The notes under the pieces are model-generated. The model did not search any database. It saw nothing but the letters and a program-made list of their open reading frames with translations, and had not been told where the DNA came from. Shown one piece after another: positions 21,759-33,969 of a stretch of 64,000 nucleotides of DNA (the first letter of the stretch is position 1; the number at the start of each line of letters is the position of its first letter). This DNA is from an uncultured delta proteobacterium (GTDB lineage: Bacteria; Desulfobacterota; Syntrophobacteria; Syntrophobacterales; Syntrophobacteraceae), in assembly GCA_963808625.1 (NCBI GenBank), contig CAWEHK010000029.1, forward strand, positions 128,001 to 192,000, read 5' to 3'. A program made the position numbers and the translations under genes.

Positions 21759-22931
21759 ATGGGGATTCAGTCTGCTTCGGCAACCTTTGTTCGATTTCAT
21801 GTGCCCGATGTGGGCGGTGGGGATTTTTGGGGCTACATCGATGAAAACCTGCGCGCGGGAAGTTTCAAAGACCTCGAAGACGGCCAGGAGCAAGCGCTGG
21901 GATTTGTGTCCTGGGACGATCTCTTTGATGCGTCCTTTGCCGATGGTTCCTACCACAGGGGTGAGTACCTCGCCTTCCAATTTCGTGTTGACCAGCGAAG
22001 CGTCCCGGCGATCATAAGAAAGCAGTACATCAGGCGAAGGATCGATGACTATCGCAGCAAGAACAACGGCCGGTGGCCCTCCCGGCAGGAGCGGCAGGAA
22101 ATCCAGGAAAATGTGCAAAACTGGCTGATGAACCAGATGATGCCCAAACCCTCCGGCTGTGAAGTGGTTTGGAACCCGGTCGCCAAATGGATGTTCGTGG
22201 GCGCCACCGGGACCAAGATGCTCGAGGCTTTCCTGACTCATTTTGAGAAGCATTTCCGCACCTATCCCATCCCCCTCTATCATGTTCACTGGGCGCTCCA
22301 CCTCGTGCCGCTGGACGGGCGCCGGAAGGATGCGCTGGCTTCCATGGTTTCCGTCCGCTCTCCCCAGGCGATGTATGAGGGCCGCCCCCTGGGATATGAA
22401 TTCTTGACGTGGCTCTGGTTCCTCACCGAAAATGCCAATGGTGCCATCGATCTTGGCGAAGGTCGCCAGGCTGAAGTCAGCCTCGGCGAACGCCTCGTCC
22501 TTACCCTCCCGGCAGACGGCAAAGAGCGGGTGATTTGCACCACCCAGGCCAACGCGCTCCACGAAGCACGGACCGCCCTGCAGCAGGGAAAGCTCGTTGA
22601 CGAACTGCAATTGTTTTTGAGAATCGGGGACAACGAATACTTTCTGACCCTGGACAGTTTTCTCTGGGCGGTGAAGGGCCTCAAGACCCCCAAGCAGCTT
22701 CCTGATTTCGCTGAAGAAGACGCTGAAGGAAAATTCCTGGAAAAAATGTACTTCCTCGAAGAAGTGTCCTCGGCCCTGAACACACTCTACGGACTATTCC
22801 TCGATAACCGTTTGAGTCCTGCCTGGGACACGGACACCCTGCCGCGCCTTCGGGGATGGATGGAAGGAAGCCTGCCGGAGCAAGCCGGTCACGTCGCCGG
22901 CGAAAGAGGAGGGCCGACTGTCCCATTTTGA
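21759..22931 (+). CDS. RdgC-like recombination-associated protein (two-module form)
   Basis: N-half GFVSWDD...FQFRVDQRSVP...EVVWN; C-half GYEFLTWLWF...EARTALQQGK resembles deltaproteobacterial RdgC-family pairs. Confidence 0.6.
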   Translation: MGIQSASATFVRFHVPDVGGGDFWGYIDENLRAGSFKDLEDGQEQALGFVSWDDLFDASFADGSYHRGEYLAFQFRVDQRSVPAIIRKQYIRRRIDDYRSKNNGRWPSRQERQEIQENVQNWLMNQMMPKPSGCEVVWNPVAKWMFVGATGTKMLEAFLTHFEKHFRTYPIPLYHVHWALHLVPLDGRRKDALASMVSVRSPQAMYEGRPLGYEFLTWLWFLTENANGAIDLGEGRQAEVSLGERLVLTLPADGKERVICTTQANALHEARTALQQGKLVDELQLFLRIGDNEYFLTLDSFLWAVKGLKTPKQLPDFAEEDAEGKFLEKMYFLEEVSSALNTLYGLFLDNRLSPAWDTDTLPRLRGWMEGSLPEQAGHVAGERGGPTVPF

Positions 22932-23085
22932 CCGGTTTCACCCTGGGCACAGGCAACCTCTCAATGACCACAGGCAAAACCAAACCGTCATATTTTCAGC
23001 TCGTCATTCCCGCATGCTTCTGGCGGGAATCCAGGGGTTGCCGAAGCACTCGAGTCTCTACAATCCTTGAGAAAGCACGAGGGCA

Positions 23086-24141
23086 GTGACGGACACCCAT
23101 CTGGAATGGCGAACTTTTGCCAGTTTCCTTCAGGAACACTGGCTCAGTGCTTTCTTCCTCCTTGCCACGCTGGTCACGCTGGTGGTTCTTTTCACCGTGC
23201 GCTGGTGGCTCAGGCGAAGATGGACGCAGCTTCTGGAAACGGAATACGATGTTGAAGCCGATCTGGATGTCCTCCCACCATATGATGAAAAGGACCAGCA
23301 GGTCCTGGAGCTCATCCGGAGCTTCCGGAGCGAGGTCTGGCAGCTTCCCGATGCGGAGCTGCTGCTGAGCATTGAAGCGCTCAGCCAGCGTGCCGTTCGC
23401 ATCGTCACCTCCGTCGCTGCGGTTTACCATCCTGACGCCGAGGTCCCCCAGTATCAGGCTTCCCTGACGGAGCTGCTCCACTTGGTTCGCCGTGTGACCG
23501 CCCGTTTGAGCCGGCTGGGGACGGTGGTCCCTTTCAGATACCTGGGCAATCGCAAGCTCAGCGACTATCAGCGATACTACCAGCTCTATCGGAAGATCAA
23601 CGACCATCCCGTACTGCAGCTCTTGAAGAGAAATCCGCATCTGTACCGGCTTGCCCGATGGGCGCTCAATCTCAAGAATCTCGCCAATCCTTTGTACTGG
23701 GCGGGAAAGGAGATCAGCCGAGAAAGCTATTTCTATCTTCTTCGCTGGTTCTATCTTGCCTTCACCAGCCAGGTGGGAAGAGAGGCCATGAGGATCTACA
23801 GTGGCCGTCAATTCCAGACGGAAGAGGAGCGCGAAGCGGCTCTCGCGTGTTACCGTCTTTTTGCCCTGGCCCAGCAGTGGGGCGGTCCTTCCGCCCCGGA
23901 ATGGTCAGCCCTGGTCGACTTCGTAACCAGCCATCCCGGTATGGAACTGGAGGTCAAACTGCAGGTGCTCTCAAGATGTTCCAGGAGCCGTCTCCCGAAA
24001 GATCTTGAAGAACAAAAACTCAAAACCAAGAACGGTCTCAAGGTCTATCGCCAGGGTTTGAAACGGCTGCAGGAAGCTGACCCCGAACGGTCTCCGATCA
24101 GGACGGAGCTGATCCAGAGCGAACTGGCGGCGGAGGAATGA
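23086..24141 (+). CDS. Hypothetical protein with an N-terminal membrane anchor
   Basis: 351-aa ORF with GAGGG RBS and one hydrophobic helix near the N-terminus. Confidence 0.7.
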   Translation: MTDTHLEWRTFASFLQEHWLSAFFLLATLVTLVVLFTVRWWLRRRWTQLLETEYDVEADLDVLPPYDEKDQQVLELIRSFRSEVWQLPDAELLLSIEALSQRAVRIVTSVAAVYHPDAEVPQYQASLTELLHLVRRVTARLSRLGTVVPFRYLGNRKLSDYQRYYQLYRKINDHPVLQLLKRNPHLYRLARWALNLKNLANPLYWAGKEISRESYFYLLRWFYLAFTSQVGREAMRIYSGRQFQTEEEREAALACYRLFALAQQWGGPSAPEWSALVDFVTSHPGMELEVKLQVLSRCSRSRLPKDLEEQKLKTKNGLKVYRQGLKRLQEADPERSPIRTELIQSELAAEE

Positions 24142-24475
24142 TTGCTTTTTCGCCGCCGGCATTACACTGCAGCGTTGGACCGCAATGTGCAGAGGAAATT
24201 TGGATTACAGATCAAAAGCGAATAGATCGAACTGTTAGTCTGTTATATCAATGCCTTATAAGAAAAATGGCAAAAGCATTTGATTTTCAATTGCTTTTTT
24301 AGATTCAGCGGCTATACTTGCATAATGCTAGTTGAGTACGATATTTTGGGTTCTGCAGGAAATCGGTCTTTCGCCAAGGCAAAGGGTGCGGTTCCGGAGC
24401 AGCTCCGAATAGCGCACCAAAAGAGCAGTGGAAAAAATACAATATCGATTGAATTTGAAAAAAAGGATGTAAGAA

Positions 24476-24676
24476 ATGGCGGAAGGCAAAGTAAAATGGT
24501 TTAATGACAGCAAGGGCTTTGGCTTTATCGAAACTGACACGGGGCATGATGTGTTCGTTCATCACACAGCCATCCAGGGTGAAGGTTTCAAATCCCTGAG
24601 CGAAGGTGAGCGGGTGAGTTTTGTGGAGGAGAAAGGCGCTAAAGGGCCTCAAGCGACGATGGTGAGAAAGCTTTAG
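24476..24676 (+). CDS. Cold-shock protein
   Basis: [14 protein letters not shown] (RNP1) and DVFVH (RNP2). Confidence 0.97.
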   Translation: MAEGKVKWFNDSKGFGFIETDTGHDVFVHHTAIQGEGFKSLSEGERVSFVEEKGAKGPQATMVRKL

Positions 24677-24712
24677 CCGAAGCATAGCCCTAGGGTTTCA
24701 ACAATGGGCATC

Positions 24713-24744
24713 AGCCGGAGTGATAAAACGCTCCGGCTTTTTTA
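24713..24744 (+). terminator. Rho-independent terminator after the csp gene
   Basis: agccggag-tgataaaacg-ctccggct followed by a T-run. Confidence 0.75.
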
Positions 24745-24863
24745 TTCCAATGATCTCTCCTTGCCAGTCTATGCAAACACAAAGGATGTGAAAATTCTTC
24801 GGTTTGCACACCCTGCGTCATCTCTTTGGAAAACTCGAAGGGGTTGGGCATGCAACTCCCACC

Positions 24864-25046
24864 CTAATTCTTGCCTTTCAAAAAATCCCGCACTGCATCA
24901 GCCGATGTGCCGACCGCTCGGACTGCATGTTTTAGCTGCATGTCGGTGCACGTCAACTTTTGACACCAGTATTTGACTTCATTCGGTTCATGAGGATTGA
25001 CTCGGTGATTGCCGTAAGGGCCTCGCTTGATTTTATCATAAGGCAT
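24864..25046 (-). CDS. DUF3606-family small protein
   Basis: RVNPHEPNEVKYWCQKL...QLKHAVRAVG pattern; AAGGAG RBS. Confidence 0.8.
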   Translation of the reverse strand: MPYDKIKRGPYGNHRVNPHEPNEVKYWCQKLTCTDMQLKHAVRAVGTSADAVRDFLKGKN

Positions 25047-25297
25047 GGTTTCTCTCCTTTATTGGGCTTGACTCTCTAAAGATCTTACCAATGCAGCATA
25101 TCACTTCGCAGGACTAAAGGATATGGGCAGGGCCGATTTCAAACAAAGATGCTTTAATTTCTTCCCAACCTATCGAAAGCATTGATGAATATCAGCACGT
25201 TGAACTTCAGGTGACCGCCCCTTGAATTTCATGATGAAACATCGGTTTGCGGGATTGTTGCACCTGTTATACGATCAGTGAAAAGGAATCAGAGATT

Positions 25298-25507
25298 ATG
25301 GTTGAGAAGTTCAAGCTGGAAGATGAATACATCGAGTTGATTAAACTCCTGAAGGTTACAGGTCTGTGTAGCAGTGGAGGAATGGCTAAAGTCATCACGA
25401 GCGAAGGACGTGTGAAGGTGGACGGGGTTGTGGAGCTTCGCAAAAGATGTAAAATCCGGAAGGGGCAAACGGTGGAGTTGCAAGGCAACCATATTGAGCT
25501 TGAATAG
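25298..25507 (+). CDS. S4-domain RNA-binding protein (YaaA/YbcJ-like)
   Basis: YIELIKLLK..G...SGGMAK..I.EG.VKVDG.VELRKRCKI. Confidence 0.9.
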   Translation: MVEKFKLEDEYIELIKLLKVTGLCSSGGMAKVITSEGRVKVDGVVELRKRCKIRKGQTVELQGNHIELE

Positions 25508-25599
25508 TCCGCTTGGAACTCAATACCCGATGATTTTGTGCCTTTTAGCGGAGGCATGCGGCGATAACATCATTCGTTTTAGCCGATTCAGGAGATATT

Positions 25600-26091
25600 A
25601 TGGATAGTTCGGCGGAGCCAAAGAGCAAATCACAGGTCAAGAGAGAAATGCACGCCTTGCAGTCACTTGGCGAGCATCTTGTGGATTTGTCGCCGGATCA
25701 GATCAGCAAAATAGAAATGCCGCAGGATCTGCGGGAAGCCGTGCTCTTTGCCAGGACCCTCAAGAAAAGTGAGGCCTGGCGCAGGCAGATGCAATACATC
25801 GGGACCCTGATGCGCGATGCCGATCCGGAACCCATCCGCGAGGCGGTGGCTGAAATCAGCCGGGGCCGAGGTGTTGATGCTCAATCATTACGAGAACTTG
25901 AGCAGTGGCGGAGGGGGCTTGTTGATGGCGATGACGAGTTCTTGGAGGATGCGGTGAATCGTTTTCCGGGTGCCGACCGCAAGCGTCTGCGCCGCCTGGC
26001 GCTCGATGCTCGAAAGGAAAGAGAAGGGAATAAGCCTCCCAAAGCTTCACGAGCTCTATTTCGGTATCTGAGAGAGCTTTCCAAGACTTGA
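25600..26091 (+). CDS. yjgA: Ribosome biogenesis factor YjgA/DarP (DUF615)
   Basis: KSKSQVKREMHALQSLGE, RRQMQYIG.LMR, LEQWR and RALFRYL. Confidence 0.9.
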   Translation: MDSSAEPKSKSQVKREMHALQSLGEHLVDLSPDQISKIEMPQDLREAVLFARTLKKSEAWRRQMQYIGTLMRDADPEPIREAVAEISRGRGVDAQSLRELEQWRRGLVDGDDEFLEDAVNRFPGADRKRLRRLALDARKEREGNKPPKASRALFRYLRELSKT

Positions 26092-26560
26092 TCCTGTGGC
26101 ACCAGGCAAGGTTTCTTTGTCCCTGCAGAGAGAATTTTGGCAGCACCCCGGGATGATCCTTCGATTAACCTCGACGCTTACTCCTTGCTTTCAGGGACCC
26201 TCTTGGATTAGGCTTAAGGTGCACGGCTGGGGGCGTCTAAAAATAAAAGGCCTTCTTCTACCACGAAGGACACGAAGTGATTTCTTCGCGCTCTGAGCTT
26301 GTGGTCAAGAAAGGGTTGAAATGGGTGCAAGTTATTTCTGGACGGTTTCTTGGCCACAATCGGCCGGCGTGGGTTTTACCCGCGCCCAATCCGCGACCGC
26401 TTTGATGACAGGTGTAACTCTGGGGATTTGGTTTTTACCCATAACCAGGTAATGCCTCAAAATGGCTATTTCCGGTGAAATCTCCCTCCGGGGTTCCGGC
26501 TGAGCATGCCTGTCGGGCTCGCTTACCGGCGTTTATTTTCCAAGGAAGATAAGGATTGGT

Positions 26561-27043
26561 ATGAACATCTTTGTGGGGAATCTATCATTCAAGACCACCG
26601 AGCAGGAATTGCAGAGGGAATTTGAGGCATTTGGCGAAGTGGGTTCGGTCAAAATCATCATCGATCACAACACCCTCAAATCTCGGGGGTTTGCATTTGT
26701 CGAAATGGAAGACCGGGATCAAGCCTTGGCAGCAATTGCCGGGATCAACGGCAAAGAGCTTGCCGGTCAAATTCTCAAGGTAAATGAAGCAAAGCCGCGA
26801 GAAGCTCGTGGGCCTCAAAGCCGTGAGCGAAGTGGAGGTGGCTTCAGCTCAGGTGTTCGATCGAGCGGGAGTGGCTTCGGCAACAGAGATCGAAGTAGCG
26901 GGGGCTACGACAGCAAAGATGCAGACGGTAGTATCTACGACAGCAAAGGTCGAAGCGGGGGCGGCTTCGGCAACAGAGGTCGAGGTGGGCGTACCTCCGG
27001 CTCAGGGGGGCGATCAGGCAGGGGCAAGCGTCCTCCCCGCTGA
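26561..27043 (+). CDS. RRM RNA-binding protein with Gly/Arg/Ser-rich tail
   Basis: IFVGNL (RNP2), RGFAFVEM (RNP1) and VNEAKPR. Confidence 0.95.
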   Translation: MNIFVGNLSFKTTEQELQREFEAFGEVGSVKIIIDHNTLKSRGFAFVEMEDRDQALAAIAGINGKELAGQILKVNEAKPREARGPQSRERSGGGFSSGVRSSGSGFGNRDRSSGGYDSKDADGSIYDSKGRSGGGFGNRGRGGRTSGSGGRSGRGKRPPR

Positions 27044-27084
27044 CTTCCATGACCCGGCGGGTTGCAACGAAAGATGAAAACGGA

Positions 27085-29272
27085 TCACCAGCCACGTTCT
27101 GAGGACAACAGCCTCAAGCCATTGAAGATCACCAGCAGGGATGCGCCCATATCGGCGGCGATGGCGCCCCAGAGGGTGGCGATGCCGGCGAAGGCCAGGG
27201 CGATAAATGATCCCTTCACGACCAGCGAAAAAATGATGTTCTGTTTGATGATGCGAAGCGTTCTGCGAGCATGACGGATCAGCCAGGGAAGTTTGGAAAG
27301 ATCGTCGGACATGAGGGCGATGTCAGCGGTTTCGATTGCTGCGTCGGAACCCATCGCCCCCATGGCGATGCTGACGCTGGCCGACGCCATCGCGGGCGCG
27401 TCGTTTACGCCGTCGCCAACCATGGCCATGCCTCCAAGGGCTTCTTTCATTTCCGCTACCACTTTCACTTTGTCTTCCGGCAGCAATTCGGCGTAGTATT
27501 CGTCAATCCCCACCAGCCCGGCGACCTGTTCCGCGGTGCGCTGATTATCACCGGTAAGCATTACGATTCTTTCGATTCCCAGGCCTTTCAGAGACGCGAT
27601 CGCCGCGCGGGCTTCCGAGCGGACGCTGTCCGCGATGCTCATCAAGCCACACACATGATCCTGACACCACATGATCACCAGCGAGTGCCCCGCGTCTTCG
27701 AGCGAAGTCGCGGTAGCGTGGACTTCCGCGCTTTCGTGGTTCCATTGCTCCAACAAACGATGACTGCCAACCCAGTAAGTTTTGTTCTCGATGACGCCAA
27801 GCGCACCTTGCCCGGGCAGGAGGGTGAAATTGTCCGCGGGGACAACTTCAAGCCCTCGTGACTCGGCCGCTGACAAAATAGCCCGGGCAAAGGGGTGGGT
27901 GCTGTGAGACTCGAGAGACGCCGCCCGGGCCAGCAGTTTCTCCTCGGTATGATTATCCATGGGGATAATGTTCTGGACCGATGGGTGGCCGTGGGTGAGG
28001 GTCCCCGTCTTGTCGAAGGCGATGCCTCGGAGGCGAGCAGGAGCTTCGAGATAGGCCCCGCCCTTAACGAGGATGCCGTGGCGGGCCGCCAGAGGTGAGT
28101 CCGGCAACAATGCTGACCGGTGTTGAAATCACCAGCGAACAGGGGCAGGCGATGACCAGCATGACGAGCCCCCGATAGAGCCAGGATGCCCACGCCTCCC
28201 CCCAAATGACGGGCGGGACTACGGCCACCAGCAAGGAGAGCATCATCATGGCCGGGGTGTAATATCGGGCAAAAAGATCCACCCACTGTTCCACGGGAGC
28301 GCGCCGGGACTGGGCTTCTTCGACCATCTGGATGATGCGGGCCAGGGTGGTGTCGGTGGCCGGCTTTGTGGTGCGAAATTCAAACGCTCCTTCACCATTG
28401 ATCGTGCCCGCGTACACCTCATCCCCAACCTGCTTGGAGACGGGCAAAGATTCCCCGGTGATCGGCGCTTGATCAATGGAAGTAGCGCCCCTGGTCACGA
28501 TACCGTCCAAAGGCACCTTTTCTCCCGGGCGAACCAGGACCGTGACGCCAACGGGCACCTCCGCAATGGGCTTTTCTTCCAGGTCGCCATCGGTGGGACA
28601 AATAAACCTGGCGGTGGTGGGAGAGATATCAACCAAGGCTTTGATCGCCGAACGGGCGCGCCCGACGCTCCAGGATTCAAGCAGCAGGGCAAGGGCAAAA
28701 AGGCAGGTTACCGATGCGGCTTCGAGCCACTGGCCGAGCCCCATGGCTCCGAGGGCGGCAATCACCATGAGCAGGTTCATGTCCGGTCTGAGCGTTCGCA
28801 GCGCAAATAAAGCCCGGGGAAAAATGAACCAGCCCCCGGCAATGATCGCACTCAGATAGATCAGAACGACTTCCGGGGAGGGGCCGGGTCCTTCTTCAAA
28901 ACCTGGAACAAGGGCTTCGATGAAACTGCCCCGATGGTAAGCGTCAACCAGAAACCCGAGCAGAATCAGGAAGGCGCTCGCGACACAGGCAATCAGCCTG
29001 CCGTAACTCTGCCACCAGCGCTCTTGCACCGGGCAAGTTCCGGCGCACCAGGCATCATCCCGGGACACGGCTTCCATACCGGTGCCGGCAACTGCCGCTT
29101 TGATCGCCTCCTCGTCAGCCCCATCGAGTGACACCAAAACCGTCATCTTGCCGCTCAAGAGGTCAAACGCGAGGTTCGATTCACCGCCGACAAGCGGACC
29201 GACCACGCTCTTCAGCAGTGCCATCTCCTCGCTGCAGCACATTCCCTTTATGCGAAAACTCGTCCTGTCCAT
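27085..29272 (-). CDS. Heavy-metal P1B-type ATPase (CadA/ZntA-like); frameshift near 28085
   Basis: GMCC metal-binding motif, TGES, CPC, DKTGT, MLTGD, GDGVNDAP and ADMG. Confidence 0.92.
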
Positions 29273-29380
29273 TTGTGTCCACTCTTCAGATTACCCATCT
29301 AAGATAATGCATGAGGCCCGCTTTGTGGGCGAAATTTCCTCCGATTTGCGATGAGATCCTTGCTTTCACGGGATTAAGAA

Positions 29381-29559
29381 CTCACCGCAGAGACGCAGAT
29401 GGTCGCAGAGAAAACAATGACTTAGTACAGCTCAGCAGATAAAGTGTCCATTACCCTGGATCTGCAAAATTGTGACAGAGTTTAAAGAAATCGCAGGTTA
29501 GCAGTGCGGAGCATTCCTATTCATGGTGCTTCTCTGCGTCCTCTGCGTCTCTGCGGTGA
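29381..29559. repeat. Inverted 9-bp-unit arms enclosing a MITE-end fragment
   Basis: tcaccgcagagacgcaga... / ...tctgcgtctctgcggtga; interior cttagtacagctcagcagataaagtgtccattacc matches the end of the 59854-60016 element. Confidence 0.8.
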
Positions 29560-29607
29560 AAAAAGGACTTCACTCTTTCAAGGGTACAATGATCTTCCTT
29601 TGCTCTG

Positions 29608-32600
29608 CTATTGGAGGGGCTGCATCAGCGTGAAGGGAAGCTGAAAAACTCGTTTCATGGTGCCGAGCAATCCAGAGCCGACTGCTGAAGGGGAGAGCGG
29701 GATGACGGTGGGATTGCTGAGGTCGCCGGTAACCCTAACCGGGATCGAGACCAAAGTCCCGCCCAGGATGTTGCCTATCAGTGGAATGTTGCGGACCACC
29801 GTATCCACGGTCTTGAGCGGCGACACCAGGATGGTGAAATTCAACTTTTGGCTTGTCAGGTCGATTTCTCCCGTCCAGACCATCTTGGCACACCGGCCAT
29901 CGAAGATGGCATCTTCAACCATGATCTTACTGTTTTTTAAGGCTGCTCTGACTCTGATCGAGTCGTAGGCGCATCCTTCATTGGCCAGGTCGGGGAGCCG
30001 CCCTCGGTAAATCTCGGTGAAATTGAGCAGGTCGAAAATCTTGGCCAAAATGGTTGAACGATAAACCCTGCCATCGCGGGCGAAGAGGTTCAGACTGCCC
30101 TGAAAGGTTTCACTCATGGTCTGGGGCTGCATCCTTTGCGGTTATCTCCCCTCGCAGATCGAAAGCGCCGGTGATGATGCCCTTCTTTTCCCAGAGGCAC
30201 GCAAGGGTGGAATCCAAATCCAGGTTTCGGGCATCCAGGTTGATCAAAAGAATGGGGCCCTGATCTGACGGTATAATCGACGCCGGAGTTGGAATGGTGC
30301 AAAGCCCGGCTTCTGTCACCTCAAGACGGATCCCATCCCGGGCAAATACGAGATTCGCCCGCAGCGGCTTCCACGTGTAGTGATCAAGAGTGAAGTGGCC
30401 GGCATGCACTCTCACCGTACCCCGGACCGGCAGTTCCTGGAGACTCACACCGCGCTTGGTGGCATTGCCCGCGTCCTCCCCTCCCAGCGTTTTGAGGGGA
30501 GAGAATTCCTGCAGGTGGTCCCAGTCGATTCCGTCGGCAAAAAGGTCCAGATCGAGTTGCACCTGGTCTGCGATAATGCCGGCTTTTCCCCTCAGCTCTA
30601 TTACTGAATTCAACACCCGGAACGAGGCTGTTTTAACCTCCAGCGAGTTTCCCTTTGCTTCGATGGCGGCATCCTGGAGAGTTAGCAATTCTCCTTGTGC
30701 CGGGGCGTACCAGAGGTCCTTGACGGTCAGGGTCCCGTCAGCCGTTGAGTCTTGCATTCGGGCTGGAATCAGGCGAGTGGTCAGATCTCCAGTCATCGAT
30801 CCGCCGAACAACTGGTTTCCTGCAAAAAGCCGGTCAAGGGTGCCACCGGCCAAATTCCCTTTGAACCCGAAGGCAAACTCGCCTTCCTTAAGACTGACGG
30901 CGAGTGAGGCGTTCGATTCCTGGTCCGTAATGACCAGAGGGTTTATGGAGAGTTCCTGTGCTCCAAGACTCAAGTCCATCGCAACTTCCGGTCCTCCGCT
31001 GACGCCGAAAACACTGGAGAGGCTGGTAGGAGCCCCTTTTGCCCAGATCAGACGGGTCCGCGAAGTAGACACAGGTGCGCGCAGGCGGAGGTCGCGGGGC
31101 AGGTGGATGAGATCTGAAATCCATTCCCCGGCTTGCGGGCCGATCTTGCCCTGAAAGGTGAAATCAGCGGCTTGCAGGTCTCCCATATACCCGGTAAATT
31201 TGCCGGACGCCGTTAACGATGCATCGAGGCCGGTTGCGGTGCAGTTGGCAGCCTGCAGGCTTTGCGGGGTGGCAACGATGGTTCCGCTCTTCACGCGTAA
31301 AGTGTCCGGGAGCAGGTCGGAACGGGAGATGAGCTCTTCCACCCGACCTTGCGCCAGAAAATTCCAGTCATCAGGACGGGACAGGAGTCCCTTGAAAGTC
31401 AATGAGTCGATCCAGAGGGTCCCTCCCAGGGAGCGGAGGTTCCACCGGTTGTTGCTCACGCTAGGAAACGTCATCAACCAGGGAAAAATTTCGTCCAGCG
31501 AGACTCGCGCTCTGGCGGCAGCGGCGAGTTCCAGTCTGGGGCCCCGGCTCCAATCAAAAGATCCTGAAACATCAAGCAACTCCGATTTGCCTGCGCGGCC
31601 CTGGAGCGACTTGACGGCGACCGTGGACCCTTCATAGGAAAACGAGCCGGCCTTGAGCTCCAGAGGAGAGGGAAAGCGTTGGTAGAGCCCCCTTAGATTC
31701 CAGTCGTTGACCTCGACTCGGGTTGCGATCCTCTTCAGACTGTCACCCAGAACCAGTCTTCCCGTGGCCCTGCCGGAGAGCACTCGCACGAGCGCCAGCT
31801 CGCTCAAGAAGGCCTCATCGGTCACTACCCGCGCCAGGATGGGAGGAAGTTGTGCCAGGTCCCCATCAATCTCGAGATCCAGATGAAAAGGACCATCCTT
31901 TTCGGTCAGGGCCACGGTCAGTGATCCGTTGCGGCCCGTAGAAGCATCCGCCCTGCCTCGAAGGTTCTTACCCTCCAGGATGCCGTGAGCGATGAGAACG
32001 TCCCCATAAACGTTGCTTACCCTCAGGTCGATCTCGGGAATGTAGACCACACCGTTTTGAAGGCTGCCGGTTACCCGGAGCCTGTCGGCCTTCTGCAAAT
32101 CTGCGAGGGAAGGGCCTTGCGCCTCAAAAATTACGCGGGGGACCATGCCACCTCTTATGATTTCAAAGACATCCTGCACGTCCTCGTTTTCCCCCACGAG
32201 CGCCAGCGCTACGTCGCGGACCGACGCGGCATCGGTGTTCAGGCATTCAAAGTAATAGCGGGCCTCGGGGGTTTTCGGGTCGTTTAGAAACTGTCCCGAG
32301 AGGCTGAGTTGCGGATTTTCAACCGTGAGCCTGGAGATGCCGACTTCGAATCGGCCTTCCGCCATGTGCAGCGAGCCTTCCAAAAACAGATTGTTTATGG
32401 GGGATTTTTCGCGCCCCATTTGGAGCGTCAGGGCCGGGCTGGAGCCTTGAAAAGCAGCGCTGAAGACCTCGGGACCTTCACTTGCGAACGAGAGATCAAG
32501 GTGAATCGGTGAGTCCTCCACTGGTTTGAGCATGGAGGCCGGGAGATAGGCGCCAAGCTCCTGCGATTGGAAATGGTCTACGATGAGGTGGGCCTTGCTG

Positions 32601-33359
32601 CGCGAATCTCCGGGATCGAACCAGCCGTCCACGGCAAGCTTTTCCCAGAGGTTGGACTTACACTCGAGATTCACGGTGAGGTTGCGCGGCGGCAGTGAAA
32701 TGGCGGCGGAAAGCTCCCGCAGTGAGATCAGCGGGGCCGTTTTATGAATGATATCGATGTGTCCGTGTTCAATTCGGAGGTGCAGTCCAGGCACCTTTTC
32801 GGACAGTGCTTCCAAAACCGCAAGCGCGCTTGCCCCAATGCGCGACAGGAAGGATGGTCGGTCCTGCCATGCGCTGGTCGCGGGAGGCTTCTGAGTGCCG
32901 AGTTCCCGGCCCTGCGCAGAGGTATTGTTTCCCCCGAACCAGTCTCCACTCATTGCCGGGGGCGCCCCGGGAGGTTGATCGGTGTCATCAGCATCGGGTA
33001 TGGTGACTTCCATTTGGGGCGAGGTGAGCTGCAGTTGCGTCAATTCAACGCGACCGGCAAGGAGCGGCAGGATTCTGGGAAACAAGGCTCAAGGACTTTA
33101 CGGTCGCGGAAAGCATTCCGGGAACAGCGATCCGCAGGTTGGAGGCAACCGCATGCGGCGTCGGAAAGAGGACGATGTCAAGTTTGTCAAAATCGGCCTC
33201 GCATGCAGTGTTCTGGCAGAGTTTCGCGAGCAGCTTTTCCTTCAGAGGTTCGAGAGGGTTGGTTCGGATAAGGAAAGCGCCAACAGACAACAGCAGGATC
33301 AGCAAAACTGCGATAAGTGCGGCGAGTCCCAAGACTATTTTTCTTCCCCTGGTCATCAC
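29608..33359 (-). CDS. Large AsmA-like/YhdP-like envelope protein; frameshifts near 33080 and 30120
   Basis: N-terminal TM helix, long beta-rich body and AsmA_2-type C-terminus (G.IDL....VSPLKTVD....IPLIG.IL...V.GDL..P). Confidence 0.75.
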
Positions 33360-33402
33360 TCCTGGACCTTTCCTCCTCGCGGACCCCGACTCATAGCCCT
33401 AA

Positions 33403-33533
33403 CAGACTTTTGAAAAGTGTCGCAAAGGCCCTGCCCGTCATTCCGGTGAAAACCGGAATCCAGGCTCTGCAAGGCTCTCTGGACCCCGGCTTCCGCCGGG
33501 GTGACGTTGGTAGAGGGTTTTTCAACACCCGGC
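33403..33533. mobile_element. MITE-like element with a central GTCATTCC REP-like cruciform
   Basis: Imperfect inverted ends (cagacttttgaaaa / tttttcaacacccgg) around cgtcattccggtgaaaaccggaatccag...ctggaccccggcttccgccggggtgacg. Confidence 0.5.
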
Positions 33534-33911
33534 CAAGGCATTTTTGCTGATTTTCGCACCCCTCTTAACCCCTGAGCTTTCCATTTTTCACATCCCCTTT
33601 AATCGCTGCGCATTCCGTCAGGGGATTGACTTCGGAAAATAGCAGGACAACTCGCGATGCGCAAGGCGGCTGCGGATGTGCAGTGGGACTTTCCTATTTT
33701 TTCGCTTCTGAAAGGCGACTCGAACTACTGAAAGTGCACCCAGACTACCCGCCACCTCCTTTGGACTGACCAGCCACCGGCCTTTTGAGACTGACACGAG
33801 CCAAGCGAAGTCTGTAAAAGAAGGCCTTATTGGTACCCTTAGGAGCGACCATGCAGCAAGGCAACATCTCGCCTCCGGACCCCAATCGGCCGGTGATGGT
33901 GGTTGGGGTGG

Positions 33912-33939
33912 TTGACTATGGGAGGCAATGGGCTATAAT
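33912..33939 (+). promoter_or_regulatory. Sigma70 promoter for ssrA
   Basis: TTGACT-N16-TATAAT, 30 nt upstream of the tmRNA. Confidence 0.7.
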
Positions 33940-33969
33940 TGATTCCGTACAGACTGACACAACAGAAAA

